A DNA stretch of 16,551 nt. It comes from Candidatus Dormiibacterota bacterium. Lineage in GTDB: Bacteria; Chloroflexota; Dormibacteria; Aeolococcales; Aeolococcaceae. The position numbers and the translations under genes are program-made. Below, piece after piece: positions 16,131 to 16,551 of the stretch (the first letter of the stretch is position 1; each line of letters starts with the position of its first letter). Under the pieces are notes generated by a model that searched no databases, was not told where the DNA came from, and saw only the letters and a list, made by a program, of their open reading frames with translations. Where the stretch lies: contig CAVPXI010000019.1 of the NCBI GenBank assembly GCA_963709585.1, positions 1 through 16,551 of the forward strand. Reading direction: 5' to 3'.

Positions 16131-16551
16131 TCAGCGTGCCCTCGCCGCCGAGGGAGTGATCGCGGGACCGTCGCCCTCGAGGATGCAGTCCATCAGGCGA
16201 TCCACCACCGCGTGCCGTCCGGGCCCGAGGTCGGAGGCCGCCTGCACGAGCACCCGGGGCCGGCTTCGCCCGGCCTCGTGCACCACGTCGAGATACTGGT
16301 GATAGCGGAAGAAAAACAAGTGCGCATAGCGTCTGGCCAGATCCTGCGAGCGCGCCCGTTCGTCGGCCGGCGGCGGCGTCTCGAGCAGTCGTTCGACAGC
16401 GTGCCAATACTCGTCCTGGCTCTGCGGATCCACGGTGAAACCGTGGTGAACGTAGTGGCCGGCGCCCGCGCACACCACCGGAATCCCACGCGCAGCCATC
16501 TCGAGACCCACGGTCGAGGTGTACACGAGTCCGAGCGCGGCCATCTCCATG
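16131..16551 (-). CDS. Capsule polysaccharide biosynthesis (KpsS/KpsC-like) GT-B protein, 3' part; 5' end lies outside the window
   Basis: LVYTSTVGLEMAARGIPVVCAGAGHY..HGFTVDP matches the STVGxEA..GxPV...G...Y...G.T motif of capsule-synthesis proteins; stop is 1 nt before the pseI start. Confidence 0.75.
   Translation of the reverse strand, partial: MEMAALGLVYTSTVGLEMAARGIPVVCAGAGHYVHHGFTVDPQSQDEYWHAVERLLETPPPADERARSQDLARRYAHLFFFRYHQYLDVVHEAGRSRPRVLVQAASDLGPGRHAVVDRLMDCILEGDGPAITPSAARAR

Noticed and set aside
1-16551. CRISPR array, transposase, integrase or long tandem repeats
   Set aside because: None seen on reading either strand or in the ORF translations.

Overview
High-GC bacterial DNA. 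The bS22 gene, actinobacterial-type CcsB and VapBC, F420-type LLM enzyme and TANNNT promoters suggest an Actinomycetota/Chloroflexota/Dormibacterota-like organism (inference). Left part (1-4342): 3' end of a HIT hydrolase, a 30-aa ribosomal protein bS22 gene missed by the ORF track, a lone cytochrome c synthase ccsB, a single-domain response regulator, tRNA-Ala(CGC), two divergent vapBC toxin-antitoxin pairs with palindromic operators, and an LLM-class F420-dependent oxidoreductase. Right part (4553-16551): a nonulosonic acid (most likely pseudaminic acid) glycan locus in two convergent operons. The + strand has pseB-pseC-pseG-spsF/pseF-wzx-GT-B transferase. The - strand has a KpsS-like transferase (partial)-pseI-pseH-like GNAT-an uncharacterised ~660-aa protein with three internal beta-rich repeats-FkbM methyltransferase. 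Four genes each carry an apparent +1 frameshift and the tRNA lacks one C in a homopolymer. This pattern points to unpolished read errors; it creates a false PseC-PseG fusion and splits the ~660-aa protein in the ORF track. All family calls come from recognised motifs; no searches were run.
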